The translations under genes were made by a program, and so were the position numbers. 64,000 bases of DNA, taken from positions 38,316,001-38,380,000 of the forward strand of contig NC_043000.1 in assembly GCF_006345805.1 (NCBI RefSeq). The letters run 5' to 3'. Positions 13,649 to 27,884 of the stretch are shown here, one piece after another. The notes under the pieces were generated by a model. That model saw only the letters and a list, made by a program, of their open reading frames with translations, was not told the DNA's origin and searched no databases. The stretch's first letter is position 1; each line of letters starts with the position of its first letter. The DNA is from Octopus sinensis. Its lineage: Eukaryota.

Positions 13649-15511
13649 CCTAATGAGCAAAAAGGATATAAACGTGGGTCCTATGGTTGTACAGATCAGC
13701 TACTCATCAATAAAATGATCTTAGAAGATAGTCACAAACGACACAAAAAGTCAATCGCCTGGATAGACTATAAAAAGGCTTTTGATTGTCTACCACATAG
13801 CTGGATAAAGAAATGTTTGGAAATGAATACAACAGTGCCTACTCTGCGAAACTTTTTGTCTGAAAGTATGAGATCATGGAGAACCACACTAACTTTGAAC
13901 AGTGACGATGAATCTCTAAATGCTGATGATGCGAAAATTTCATGTGGCATTTTCCAGGGTGACTCACTATCACCACTCCTCTTTTGTTTAGCCTTAATAC
14001 CTCTTTAAAAATTGCTCAATGACACACAGTACGGTTATAAAATGTTTGATAAAAAATAAATCATCTCATTTACATGGACGATTTAAAGCTCTTTGCAAAA
14101 ATGACCAACAACTACAGAGTTTACAAGCAATTGTTAAACAATTCAGTGATGACATCAAGATGCAATTTGGCCTCAATAAAAATGCAAAAGCTAGCTTTAT
14201 CAAAGGAAAAATGATAGAAACATCCAACGTTAATCTTGACCAGCAGAATGTCATAAAGGATTTAGAACCAGCGGAGTGCTACAAATACCTAGGGGTAATT
14301 GAAGGGGAAAGTAATGAGGGAAAGAATCAAAAGAGAATGTTATCGCAGGGTAAGAGCAATTCTCAAGACAGAGCTGAATGCAAGAAACAGGATCGCAGCC
14401 ATACCGGTTGGGACTTACAATTTTAATATGGTTAACTGGTCAATTACTGAAATATGTAATCTTGACAGAAAAATAAGAAAATTGTTGACAATGCAGAGAA
14501 TGCACAACCCTAAGGCAGATACAGAACGACTTTACCTGCCAAGAAAACAATGAAGGCGTGGACTTTTACAACTGGAATTAACAATGAAGATTTCCACAAT
14601 TGGCTGGATGTTAGATCTTGTCTCAAAACATGAAAACAAGAAAGCATCATACTCAGTAACAAAACAGGCAAAGGAATATCAAAGTTAATTCCGAATACAA
14701 CAAATTTCGGAATTAGACATACAAGAAACAAGAGCAGAAAAAGCTAGGCGCATTACAACCCGTGCTAAAACTGCTGCCTTAGATATTCTGAATGAGAAAT
14801 GGCAAGAAAAACCTCTCAATGGCAAATGCCCAAAGAGAGCGAATAATGCAGATGTTGACAAAGCCCTGTCCCATCAATGGCTAATGGCCTCTGGCTTAAA
14901 ATCTGAAACAGAGGGTTTATCAAAGTAGCTCAAGATCAATGCCTACCTACAAGGAACTACCAGGCCAACATATTAAAGAACGGCAGCAGCCCAACATGTC
15001 GTGTATGTCAACAACAAAATGAAACCATTGATCATGTTGTCTCCAAGTGCAGTCTTCTTGCGCCTACAGAGTATCTCAACAGGCATGATAGAGCTGCACA
15101 ATATATTCACTGGGTAATTTGCAGAAGCCTGGACTTGCCCCATGATAAAAACTGGTGGAAACACAATCCACCCCCAGTGCTTGAAAACGACCACATCTCA
15201 CTCCTCTGGAACTTCACCATTCAAACTGACAGAAAGATAGATGCAAACAGACCAGACATCATATTGAAAGACTTCAGGCAAAATACATGCCTCCTCATTG
15301 ATATGACTGTCCCAATCGATATAAACGTATCTGTCAAGACCTACCAAAAACTGAGCAAATATAAAGATCTTGAAATAGAAATCAGAAAAATGTGGAACCT
15401 GAAGACTAAAACAATAACTGTTGTCATAGGTGCCCGAGGAATGGTAGCAAAAGGGGCTGATTGCTACCTAGCTCAGAGACGAGGAAACCCCAAAATGGCA
15501 GAAATTCAAAA
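13649..15511 (+). mobile_element. Truncated, disrupted R4/Dong-type non-LTR retrotransposon (RT + CCHC knuckle + restriction-like endonuclease)
   Basis: EQKGYKRGSYGCTDQLLIN, AWIDYKKAFD, GIFQGDSLSPLLF, YMDDLKL, YKYLGV, CRVCQQQNETIDHVVSKC, RHD, ANRPDIILKD...LIDMTVP, KLSKYKDL. Preceded by (AAT)n. Breaks off at AEIQK. Confidence 0.92.
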
Positions 15512-15522
15512 GAAATTCAAAA

Positions 15523-16030
15523 TACCACTGGTTATTGTATGGAAAGTGTTCTGCGTAGGATGTGTGCAGTGCCTAGTAGTGCAATTTTCTGTATGTTATA
15601 TGTGTTTGTAAGTCCTGGTGTTTTTGTTATGTATTTGTCTGAATATTTTTTTATCATGCCTAATGCACCTACTATGATAGGAATTGTTTCTGTTTTTAGA
15701 TTCCACTTTCTGGTTACCTCCATTTCCAGGTTTTTGTATTTTGAAAGTTTCTCCATTTCTTTTAGAGACACGTTGTCATCTGTCGGTATTGATACATCAA
15801 TTAGAAAGCATTTTTTCCTTCATGATCTCTGACAACTATATCTGGTCTGTTGGCCTTAATTTCTCTATCTGTGTGTATCGGCATATCCCAGAGTATGGTT
15901 GCTTTCTCGTTTTCTGTGACCTTTTCTGGTGTGTGCCTATACCATCTTTTTTCTGTTGTTATTCCATAATGTTTGGCATAGCTTCCAGTGTATGTAGGTT
16001 CCAACTCTGTCATGTCTGTGAATATATTCC
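15523..16030 (-). mobile_element. Second, different R4/Dong-type element: RLE domain and ORF end
   Basis: WYRHTPEKVTENEKATILWDMPIHTDREIKANRPDIVVRD, then after a frameshift KLSKYKNLEMEVTRKWNLKTETIPIIVGALG...IQKIALLGTAHILRRTLSIQ*. Preceded on its own strand by (AAT)n at 16033-16240. Confidence 0.92.
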
Positions 16031-16032
16031 TT

Positions 16033-16240
<208 letters not shown>

Positions 16241-16639
16241 TTATCTTTATTATAACATATCGATGAACCAACAACGCAGATTCCACGCAGGTATTGAACC
16301 TGTAAGAATTAGCAGCCAGAATCCCCTTTACTGCGATTAGAAATGTTGGGACAGGGTAGATAAAGAAAGCTTAGACGGAATAGCCATAGTTAGAATGTCT
16401 TTCTTTATACCTTCCTATTATCGAAGAAGATTAAGAACAAAACAAACTAAGCAAATACAGCATCGCTGCTACAACAACAACCGACTTGTTATCAGAAACT
16501 TCTGCCAAGATGTGATCACGTGATTCGATCACATGACCGTTCAAGTCAAGTAGTATATGAAATACTCGAGATTGATGTGATTGTGAACTCCGGATAAATG
16601 CATTCAACTCTTAGATTCTTGTCATTTGAATCTGGAAAA

Positions 16640-17030
16640 GGCGACGAACTGGCAGAAACGTTAGCACGCCGGGCGAAATGCTTAGCGGTATTTCGTCTGT
16701 CTTTATGTTCTGAGTTCAAAGGTCGACTTTGCTTTTCATCCTTTCGAGGTCGATAAATTAAATACCAGTTGTGTACTGGGGTTGATCTAATCGACTGGCT
16801 CCCTTCCCCAACATTTCAGGCCTTGTTCCTAGAGTAGAAAAGCATATTTCTAAGGATGCGAGCTGGCAGAAACGTTAGCACGCCGGGCGAAATGCTTAGC
16901 GGTATTTCTTCTGTCTTTACGTTCTGAGTTCAAGTTCCGTCGAAATTTCATCCTTTCGTGGTCAATAAATTAAATCCAGTGGCCCTCTCCCCAAAAATCT
17001 CATGCCTTGTGCCTAGAGTAGAAAAGATTA
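16640..17030 (+). mobile_element. Two tandem SINE family B monomers
   Basis: Both carry CTGGCAGAAACGTTAGCACGCCGGGCGAAATGCTTAGCGG and end GCCTTG..CCTAGAGTAGAAAAG. Confidence 0.9.
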
Positions 17031-17329
17031 TTAGAATCTGAAAGTGTGTAATATATAAGTTTCTGTCCACCAGAAGACAATTGGCATCAGTTTACACTTG
17101 AAATACATTGTTGTCCTTTTCATTCTCATAAATATTTTTCTCTTATTTTTTATCTTTTACTAGTTTCAGTGGTTAGACTGCGGACATGCTGGAGGACAGC
17201 CTTGAAGGTTTTTATTCAAGGAAATGGGTCTTCCGCACTTATTTTCAAAGCCTGGTACTTATTCTATCCCTTTTTTTGCTGAAGCGCTAAGTTACAATTT
17301 TGATGACTGTTATTTGATTCCACAATGTA

Positions 17330-17660
17330 TGCATCTATGGAGAAAAAGATAGAAGTCTTTGAGGCGTGGTTCTTTAACAAATTGGACCGGATAAGTTAGA
17401 AAGTGTAGCGTAACAAATGATGCAGAACTAAAACTGTTGAAAGTCCAAAGACATCTACTGTCGAGAATGAAGACTTCAAAGCCATCGTATTTTGGACATG
17501 AAATGCCCCACGTGTTCCTGCCGAAGATTATGTTGACAAGAAGTGTTGAAAGAAAGAAAGAAAAAAAGAAAGAAAGAGGACGGCGATGATACGTGTGGAA
17601 TGATGACATCAAAGAACGGACTGGAAACAAGTGCCTAGATTATTGTAATCATGCAGTACA
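17330..17660 (+). mobile_element. Old RTE-clade LINE 3' fragment
   Basis: EKKIEVFEAWFFNKLDRIS...VTNDAELKLLKVQRHLL...SYFGH...RGRR*YVWNDDIKERTG resembles the RTE C-terminus (KIEAFE.W / YFGH / RGRP..W.DDIK). Confidence 0.72.
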
Positions 17661-18359
17661 TGAACGGAAATTCGAACTCAGGTTAAAAGATGGACAACTA
17701 CTAAGTTTTAATAACGGTTTCAACAGCAAAGAAACGGTGTGGACCAGATTCAACTATGATGGTAACTAAAATAAAACAGGATAACATTGGTTGCATGAAG
17801 ACAGCATTGTCACCTGCCAAAGTGTCGGCAGGGTGTGACAAAAAAGTACATTAAGGTATAGAATGATTTGCGTGGGATTTAGTTACTATTTCTAGCAGAG
17901 TAATCAAATACGCATAAGCATTGTCTTTAAACTGTGCTATACATCGTATAGACGGGATTCCAAGATGCCTTTACGACTTACAAAGTTATATAATATATGA
18001 TAATGTATGGTAATATATGATAATATATGCAAAATAAAGTAGGAAACAATAGAGATATTCTCAATTCCATTTGTTACATTCTTTCGCTTACTCTCTCTCT
18101 CTCTCTCCTTTTTCTTTCCTATTCTCTCTCTTTCTTTCTACGTATATATACATACATAAATGCATTTATAATATACATACATAAGTGCGCACGTGCACAC
18201 TCACAAACACACACATACACATTCACACACACACACATATACGCACGTACAAGAACGTATATAATTGATGGAGTTTGTTGATAAATTCTTTTCGGATTAA
18301 GCAAATAAGCTTTTCTTTAGAAATTCTTCTATTAAATTGCCATATATACATCCATCTAC

Positions 18360-18363
18360 CCAT

Positions 18364-18415
<52 letters not shown>

Positions 18416-18622
18416 GTGTGTATGTATGTGTATATATATATATATGTATGTATATATATATATGTGTGTGTATACATATATATATGTATTTATGTATATG
18501 TATATATATATGTATTTATTTATAAGTGTGTGGTTGTATGTATATAGATATACATACATGCACATATACCTACAAAGATATACATTTATGTGTGTCTATA
18601 TGTGTCTATGCGTCTCCATATA

Positions 18623-18658
<36 letters not shown>

Positions 18659-18685
18659 TGTATGTATGTATGTATGTATGTATAT
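18360..18685. repeat. (CA)n/(TA)n/(TATG)n microsatellite
   Basis: Directly visible. Confidence 0.95.
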
Positions 18686-19649
18686 GGAACCGATGTTTTT
18701 TCATATTCAATTTATTTACTTTTATCCTTTAAGAAAATATTAAAAAAAACAGCATCCATAATAACTATGGAAGCAGCAAAAATGATTAATCAGCAAAAGA
18801 AATTGTAGCACTCAGAGCTGTCCATACAGCCCCATTAATCACAAACCATCTGATAGAACCTGTTTAAGTGCTTTTATGGACTTCTTCCATGACACGTTAT
18901 CTTAATAGTGACTAGGTGTAAAGTTTGGCGGTCAGCTTGGCTCGTTAATTTGACGTGGAGGGCTGCAAAGAGAAGAGAGACGAGACTCGCACAGAATCGC
19001 ATTGGCGGCGTCGAACAATGCTCTTTGACATTACAGAGTTTCTTACAGTGATAGAGGAGCGTGGCAAGGCGGCGATAGAATGCCTGTGTGTACACGTGTG
19101 TGCATGCGTGCTTGCATGCATGTGTGTGTGTGTGTGTGTGTTATCGTTACAATATCAAACATTATTTACCACCGCTGCCGCTGCTGCAGTTTCTGCCTTT
19201 GCTGCTACTGCGTTTCTGCTGCTGCTGCTGCTACTACAGTGAGAAAGTAAATTATTTCAATATCTGCGAAGTCTCCCCCGAAAGGATGCAGCTCTGAGTA
19301 AAAGAATTATACACGTACGAGCACATGTATATATTCCCAACAAATATATGTATATACATTCGTAGAGGGTAGAAAAAATGCACACGTCTATGTATGTGTG
19401 CGTGCGCGCACGTTTCCGTGGAAAGAGAAAGCGAGAGATAGAGGGAGTGAGAGGGAGAGATAGATAGATATATAGTGAAAGAGAGAGAGAGAGAGAGAGA
19501 GGAAGAGAGAGAGAAAGAGAGAGAGAGAAAGAGAGAGAGAGAGAACAAGTAAAAATGAAAGACTTTCAAGCAAATACGTCAGTGCAAAGAGAAGAAACAG
19601 TTCCCCAAATCGTAATCTTGAATAAGGTTACGTAACAAATACTCTGTAT

Positions 19650-19847
19650 GTGGTTGCGTGCTATGAAGCTTACTTCCAAACTACATGGTTCCGAGTTCAG
19701 TCTCCCTGTGTGGCACCTTGGCCAAGTATCTTCTGTAGCCCCGGGTTGACCAAAGCCTGTTGAGGTGATTTGGTAGACGGAAACTGAAAGAAGCTCATAG
19801 TGCATATATGTATGCATATATATATATATGTGTGTGTATGTGTGTGT

Positions 19848-19887
<40 letters not shown>

Positions 19888-20120
19888 TGTGTGGTGTCAA
19901 TGTGTGTGACTTCGTGTAAGTGCCTATCCCCAACCGCTGCTTTGAAACCAGTGTTTTATTTACGTTACCCTAGCTTGGCGGTTCGTCAAAAGACGGCAAA
20001 TAGAATAAACACCAAGTTTTAAAAAAAGTGCTGTGCTCGATTTGTTCAACTAAACTCTTCAAGGCAGTGCCACAGCATGGCCGCTGTTTAATAACTGAGA
20101 CAAGTAAGCTATAAAATAAC
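19650..20120 (+). mobile_element. SINE family A, diverged
   Basis: CATGGTTCCGAGTTCAG, GGCACCTTGGCCAAGT, GGTAGACGGAAACTGAAAGAAG, tail CAGCATGGCCGC. Confidence 0.85.
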
Positions 20121-20943
20121 AGATCTTAGTGCGTTGCGAATCAGTGATTCGGTGTCTGTAGCTGCCGATGCATGATGACGCAGAGGTCATCCATAACTCG
20201 GGGTGAGTGCTTTTCCACGCATATTACAGACCCATCCTGGGACTATTTCGTAGTAAAAGGTGGTTCCACCTTTGAGTGTACACAAGCCTGTAAAATATAA
20301 TTGTACTCATCCATATAGAATTCATATAATGGGCTACCGCACAATCTCCGCCAATCCGATTTTACTCACATACAGCGATGGACAAAAGAAGGTATGAGTG
20401 GCGTGTTCTTTTCATTCTTAGCCCCAAAACAAAAAAGGAATAGAGAAATGGAAGGAACATTTCCTTCATAGGAAACAACTGCATACCTACTTTTGCCCAC
20501 CCGTGTAGTATGACTGGATCCGGCGGTTATATAGTAGAATGAATATTTGCCCAAGATGCCAAGCAGTGGGATCGAACTGTGCCCCTTGTGATTGTGAAAC
20601 GGCCTTCTTAGCCATTCGGCTATACTAAGTCGCTACACAGCATATGGAGTACGTTAAAGTACGCGACGTCACACATTGGAAGAGAAAAATACAGCCTACA
20701 GAATCGTCCCAAGGTTAGCACATTTAACGGGAGGCGGTCCTCCATAATTTGAACCGAGTATTTCACTGGTTCTTTATTTTATCTCCCCTTCGAACAAGTC
20801 AAAGTTGAAGCAGGGTTTGAACTCGGAATGTAAAGAGCCGGAAGAAGTAGTAGGCATTTTCTCCAATATACTAATAAACCTGTCAGTTTTCTTCCTCATA
20901 AATAAGTGCAGGAATATTGTGACAATATCTGCGAAACATTTAA

Positions 20944-21525
20944 AGCGGCGACCTGGCAGAATCGTTAGCACGTCGGGCGAAATGCTTAGCAGTATTTCGT
21001 CTGCCGCTACATTCTGAGTTCAAATTCCGCCGAGGTCGACTTTGTCTTTCATCATTTCGGGGTCGATTAAATAAGTACCAGTTACGCACTGGGGTCGATA
21101 TAATCGACTTAATCCGTTTGTCTGTCCTTGTTTGTCCCCTCTGTGTTTAGCCCCTTGTGGGTAGTAAAGAAATAGGTATTTCGTCTGCCGCTACGTTCTG
21201 AGTTCAAATTCCGCCGAGGTCGACTTTGCCTTTCATCCTTTCGAGGTCGATAAATTAAGTACCAGTTACGCACCGGACTCGATGTAATCGACTTAATCCC
21301 TTGTCTGTCCTTGTTTGTCCCATCTATGTTTAGCCCATTGTGGGTAGTAAAGAAATAGAACTAGGCATTTCGTCTGTCTTTACATTCTGAGTTCAAATTC
21401 CGCTGAGGTCGACTTTGCCTTTCATCCTTTCGGTGGTCGATAAATTAAGTACCAGTTCCGTACTGGGGTCGATCTAATCGATTGGCGTCTCACTAAATGT
21501 TTCGGGCCTTGTGCCTACAGAAAAA
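20944..21525 (+). mobile_element. SINE family B trimer
   Basis: One full tRNA head, then units restarting at TATTTCGTCTG at 20993, 21177 and 21366 (period ~184-189), one terminal tail. Confidence 0.92.
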
Positions 21526-21769
21526 AATCTATATCTACAAAACATTTACAATAAATTATTTTTGAAAAGAAAACGCTTAAATGATTTCTAATTTAGTTAC
21601 AGGGACTTCAGTTTTGCGATGAAGGAATTAGTTGTTACCATTCTTGAATTGTGCTTATTTTATCGATCCTGAAAGGTATTGTTGCAATAGAATGAGAAGA
21701 AACGGAAGGCATTTTCTCTGACGCTCCAGCGATTCTATCTTCCCGCTGCCTAATATTTTTTTATTTTAT

Positions 21770-22800
21770 CAGAAATTTGGTTGAAGGCCAGCAATTTTGC
21801 CGGAAGTAGTCAGTCGATTACATCGACCCCAGTACTCAACTGGTACTTTTCTTATCAACCCCGAAAGGAAAAAGACAAAACCGACATTGGCAGGATGGAA
21901 AGAAGCAAAAGTAATACTTCTCTGTCGTTCTAACGATTCTGCCAACTAACATTAGCAATTTAACTGGTTTCAAATTTAGACATGAGGCCAGCAATTTCGG
22001 GGGCTGAGTCGATTACAGGACTCAGCTAGCACATATTTCATCGACCCCGAAAGGATGAAAGGCAAAGTCGACCTCGGTGGAATGTGAACTCAGAAGGTAA
22101 AGATGGACGAAATGCCCCTAAGCAGCGAGCTCAGCGTTTTGACGATCCTGCTTGTCTCGCCGCCATATTAGTATTTATTACAAGTAAAACTATCAGAACA
22201 ATAACTACTAAAGATTTTCTTTTCTACTCTTGGCACCGGGCCCGAAATATGAGGGAAGGAGTTCAGTCGATTAGATCGACCCCAGTACGCAACTGGTACC
22301 AAATTTATCGACCTCCAAAGGATGAAAGGTAAAGTTGACCTTGGCGGAATTTGAACTCAGAACGTAGCGGCAGACGAAATACCTGTTTCTTTACTACCCA
22401 CAAGGGGCTAAACACAGAGGGGATAAACAAGAAGAGACAAATGGACTAAGTCGATTATATCGACCCCAGTGCGTAACTGGTACTTATTTAATCGACCCCG
22501 AAAGGATGGAAGGCAAAGTCGGCCACAGCGGAATTTGAACTCAGAACGTAAAGACAGACAAAATGCCTATTTCTTTACTACCTACAAGGGGCTAAACACA
22601 GAGAGGACAAACAAGGACAGAAAACGGATTAAGTCGATTAGATCGACCACAGTACGCAACTGGTACTTAATTTATCGACCTCGAAAGGCTGAAAGGCAAA
22701 GTCGACCTCGGCGGAATTTGAACTCAGAACGTAGCGGCAGACGAAATACCACTAAGCATTTCGCCCGGCGTGGTAACATTTCTGCCTGCTCGCCGCCTTA
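21770..22800 (-). mobile_element. SINE family B cluster including a trimer at 22215-22800
   Basis: Repeated ATCGACCCC...CTGGTACT...GAAAGGCAAAGTCGACCTCGGCGGAATTTGAACTCAGAAC. Head ends ...CTCGCCGCC at ~22797. Confidence 0.9.
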
Positions 22801-23399
22801 ACTGCTGAAGATATTGAATATACTCTTGTGGAGAAGAAAAATAGTGAAGATTGAGTGTACGTGTCTTTGGAAGAAAATAAATATGTTAAGATCTACTAAC
22901 ATCTGTAATTAAGCTAGAACTGGTGTTTCAGAATTCTATACAAACACGGAGGGATGGATGGTGGAGACGGAGAAATAAAGATAGAATTAAAGAGAAAGGA
23001 GACGAAGATGAAGATGTATGCGAAATAGTGAGGACAGAAAGGCGAAGAATTGTATGAGAGAATAGATTTCGGTGAAACATTTATCACCGTTCATTTCATG
23101 AATTATTTCGGGCGTTAAACGAAGGAAATGTAAAATAAATTAGGAAATTCTGATATGGTTATAGAGGAGTAAAAAGAGATAAATGTTTTAATTATAAATG
23201 TCCTTAGGGGAGATATTAAAACTACCTTTAATTGGCCAAGATGAGGTAGAAGATCCAGAAGCAAGAATTGATGAAATGAGTTCATTATTGGCTTATTAAA
23301 CATCGATTTCCTTAGGTGGTAGTCAGACATTAGCGAGGACTCTATGAAAATATTTCCAATCGATGAGATAGAGCGGTTTCAAGCGGCGAATAATATGGA

Positions 23400-23858
23400 T
23401 ACATAATTACATGCACACATACATACATGCACACATACATACATACATACATACATACATACATACATACATACATACATGCATACATGCACACATACCT
23501 ACATACATACATACATACATACATACATACATGCATACATACATACATACATACATACATACATACATACATACATACATACATACATAAAGATACACGT
23601 AAATATGTACAAAATTATATATATATACATACATATACAAACGTATAGAATATATGCATAGATCAATACGTATATATATGTATGTATGTTTATATATGTA
23701 TGTATATGCATATGTCTATATATGTGTGTGTGTATTTGTATATATATATAGAAGAATAGATAGAATAATAATTGGATAGCTAGATATATATATTTATATA
23801 TGCGTGTGTATGTGAGTTACATAAATATACATGCATATGTATATATATATATATATAG

Positions 23859-23931
<73 letters not shown>

Positions 23932-23981
23932 ATAATATATATATATATACATATATGTATATATATGCATGCATATGTATT

Positions 23982-24016
<35 letters not shown>

Positions 24017-24040
24017 ACATCCATATATTATATGTTTGTA
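23400..24040. repeat. (ACAT)n and (TA)n microsatellites
   Basis: Directly visible. Confidence 0.95.
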
Positions 24041-24533
24041 TATTTACAGATGCATGAGAATACAGAGTTGATGATGTAAGCGTTTACATGGATGTATCGT
24101 TTGACGGAAGCATAGCTGGGTGTTTAAAAAGCTCACTCTGCCATAATCTGTTGCCGGTTCTATTCCAGTGCGTTTCATCAGGGGCCGATGTCTTCTAGCA
24201 TATTTCTTGGTTGGATTCATTCGAGCCTTTTTTTTTCTGAAACCGCGTCCCTGAAACTGTGGGAACCTAGTGTACAAATCTTACTTATAAGGCCCTGTCT
24301 TGTTATACATTACATTACGTTGATTGCATTTAACTAGATCACTTATCTGGAACAGATCCGTATGCAAAAATATAATTGTATATATACATATATATACATT
24401 ATATACAAACATATACATATACATATGTATATATATATATATATATATACGCACTCGCGAATACCTATATATGCTTATACATGTAACATCCTTCGATGAC
24501 TTGATAAATGTATGCATTCATATGCACACACAT

Positions 24534-24592
<59 letters not shown>

Positions 24593-25835
24593 AACACACA
24601 CACATTCTGGCATGCATTTGTCCATTCGTCTATTCATCCGTGCTAACACCAATCGAAGCATACATACATAATATATGCATATATGCGTGTGCGAATACAT
24701 ACATACGCGTATTGAAACACTCACAGATACCTACACACAAGCATACTTAAATACTTTCATACTAAGATACATAGATGCATTCATACACACACACACACAC
24801 ACATCTACTTACATATATTTACTTCTCGTGGATAATCGCGTACAATATATTCTTAAAATGCAATTTTCAATTTCGTTACAATGTTGTTATACTAATTTCA
24901 ACAAGGATGTTACTTAATTATTCCACTGCCAGTAAATGCGATATATACACAAAATACAAACATACATACATTTATACATGCATACATACGTACGTACAAA
25001 CATACAGGCATACACACATACAGACATACACATATGTATGTATATATATATATATTAATATATATATATATATACATGCCTGCATTCATACATACACACA
25101 CATACATATATATATATATATACATATATATATACAAATATATATTTATACAGTATAGATATATATATAATATAATATATATATATATATATATACATAT
25201 ACTATACAGTGTATATATTATATATACATGTGTTGTGCGTGTGTGTGTGTTTACACAAATACAAATACAAACGCAAAAATACAGTCACACACACACTTAT
25301 ATATGAAAGTTGTATATAAGTATATCTTTATCTATCTAGCTATCTATGTATAGATATATATATATATATATAATTATATATATCTTTCTCTCTCTCCCTC
25401 TCTCTCTCAGTACACACACACGCCAGATATATATATATATATATGTATATACATACGTAGAGGCAAAACTCATTATTGATATCTCCATCAATGCGCATCA
25501 TGAAATACTTAACCAAGAGTTCTTCGTCGTAAATAAATATCCAGTTGAAATGATGTGATTACAATAGTTAGAGTGGGTATAAATTTACTTTAATTAAGAC
25601 CTCGTACAACAAAACATTTTTAATCTTGCTCAAAACATCAACAACTACAATGTCATTTTACACTAACTTAACACTCAACGCCATAAGAAGCAATAATAGA
25701 TTTGATTTATTTTACGCCAACAATGCACGCGTTTGCACTTGCATATCGCAAATAATTCCATCATCAATGGTTGCCAGTGAATTTGCTGGAAGAATATTCT
25801 GTTAAATATACATACATACTTATATATATATGTGG

Positions 25836-25870
<35 letters not shown>

Positions 25871-27145
25871 TATATATAATATATATATACATATACGTAT
25901 ATATATATATATATATACGTATATGTATGTATATATATATATATATATATATACGTATATGTATGTATATAATACAACATATAGATACATGTATATATAA
26001 TATATATATACATACGTATATATAATATATATATATATACATACGTATATGTATATATATATATATATATCCGTAAATGTATGTATACATATATATTAAT
26101 ATATATTATATATATTATATATATATATACACACACTCATCCAAAAAATATATCTGTATCTTCATCACTATATCTACATTAATACTTATATCTACGCAAT
26201 AATATATACAAAATATACATATATATATATATAATATATATATATATATATTATATATATATGTATGCATGTATGTATATACATACATTAATTATTTACA
26301 TGTATCAGTTCCCATATAAATACACTTTACATATGTATGTATATGTGTTTTATGTGTATACATATATGTGTCTATATATGTATATCTGTATATATTTATG
26401 TGTGTATGTGTGTTTATGCATGAATGTATTTGTACGTGTATGGCGGTGTAGATGTTTATACGTATATATATATCTACACACATTATTCAGAGAAAATTCA
26501 CCGAAAGAAAGAGAATAACAAATACAATGAAATACTTCCAACGTTCATTCAAATAAGTATCTTTGTTTAAAATCTCAAGACTGTAAAAGTAACAATGGCA
26601 TCTCATGTGAAAGTTTAATTCCAGTCTCCACTTGAAACTCTCTCAATCGAATCAATGGAAGGCCAGGGAAAATTCTACAAGAAATTACTATATTAACGTT
26701 ATTAGAATTTAATTTTCTTAAAACCTCCATCCCCATCATTGTTTAATCGTGACAGATCTGTAAGCACAACCAGTGAAAACAAAGGATCGATGCTCGCCCC
26801 CCCAGTCTTACTTCCATTTTTAAGCGACGAAGACATGCGCACACACACAAAAATACACATATATCCCTATACAGAAATGCACACACATACACACATACAT
26901 TACAACAGATGTAAAATTGTTGTTCGCATTTACATGCCAGTCATTTTAGGATCGTGTGAGCTCAAAATCTTGAAGTATGAAAGTACGATAGACAACAGAA
27001 GGTTCTAGAGTTGATCGTTTATTAACCAAAGGGCAAGCTGCAATTTGGTTAATATAGATTTTGTCGAATTTTCAAATTTTCTCATATTATGTGTGTGTAT
27101 GTCTGTGTGTATATATGCATGCATGTATATATGGATGTATATCTA

Positions 27146-27177
<32 letters not shown>

Positions 27178-27285
27178 CGTATATATTTTGCGGACAATAT
27201 ATATATATATATATATAATATATAATATATATCACCCATCGTCCATCCATCCATCCACCCATACATACATACATACATACATACA

Positions 27286-27318
<33 letters not shown>

Positions 27319-27884
27319 CACGTCACACGACCTACCAGTTTATCATTTGAAGGCTAAAGCAATGACCAGCGATGTGTCACATCTGATATGTATGTATGTA
27401 TGTAGTTGGAATTTACAGAAAAACAAAAGACGCAGACAGGTGTGTAAACAACAAGCAGGTGTATTAGTTTAACGCTCGGGAAGTGAGAAAGTCTTTTATG
27501 TTTCGAGCAACAGAAAGGAACACAAGAAAATAAATAGAGAGAATAAAAAATATTTGTGTGTGCCTGTGTGTGTGCGCGTGTGCGCATATGTTTATCATTT
27601 TTTTTCTTTTAATCTTCTATTTGTTTCAGACTGCGGACATGCTGGAGAAGTGCCTTTAGTTGAACAGATCTACCCCAGGTCTTATTCTTTGTAAGCCTAG
27701 TACTTGTTCTATTGGACACCTTTACTGAACCGCTAATTAACGGGGTTGTCAAGCGATGGTTGTGGGGAAAATTACAGACACACAGACATATATACACACA
27801 CACACACACACATACATACATATACATACATACATGCATACATACATACATATTTGTATGTATGTGTATGTATATTCAAATTCT

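Noticed and set aside
20944-21525. Regularly spaced repeats suggestive of a CRISPR array
   Set aside because: Whole ~184-bp units repeat with no unique spacers, there are no cas genes, and the context is a eukaryotic SINE.
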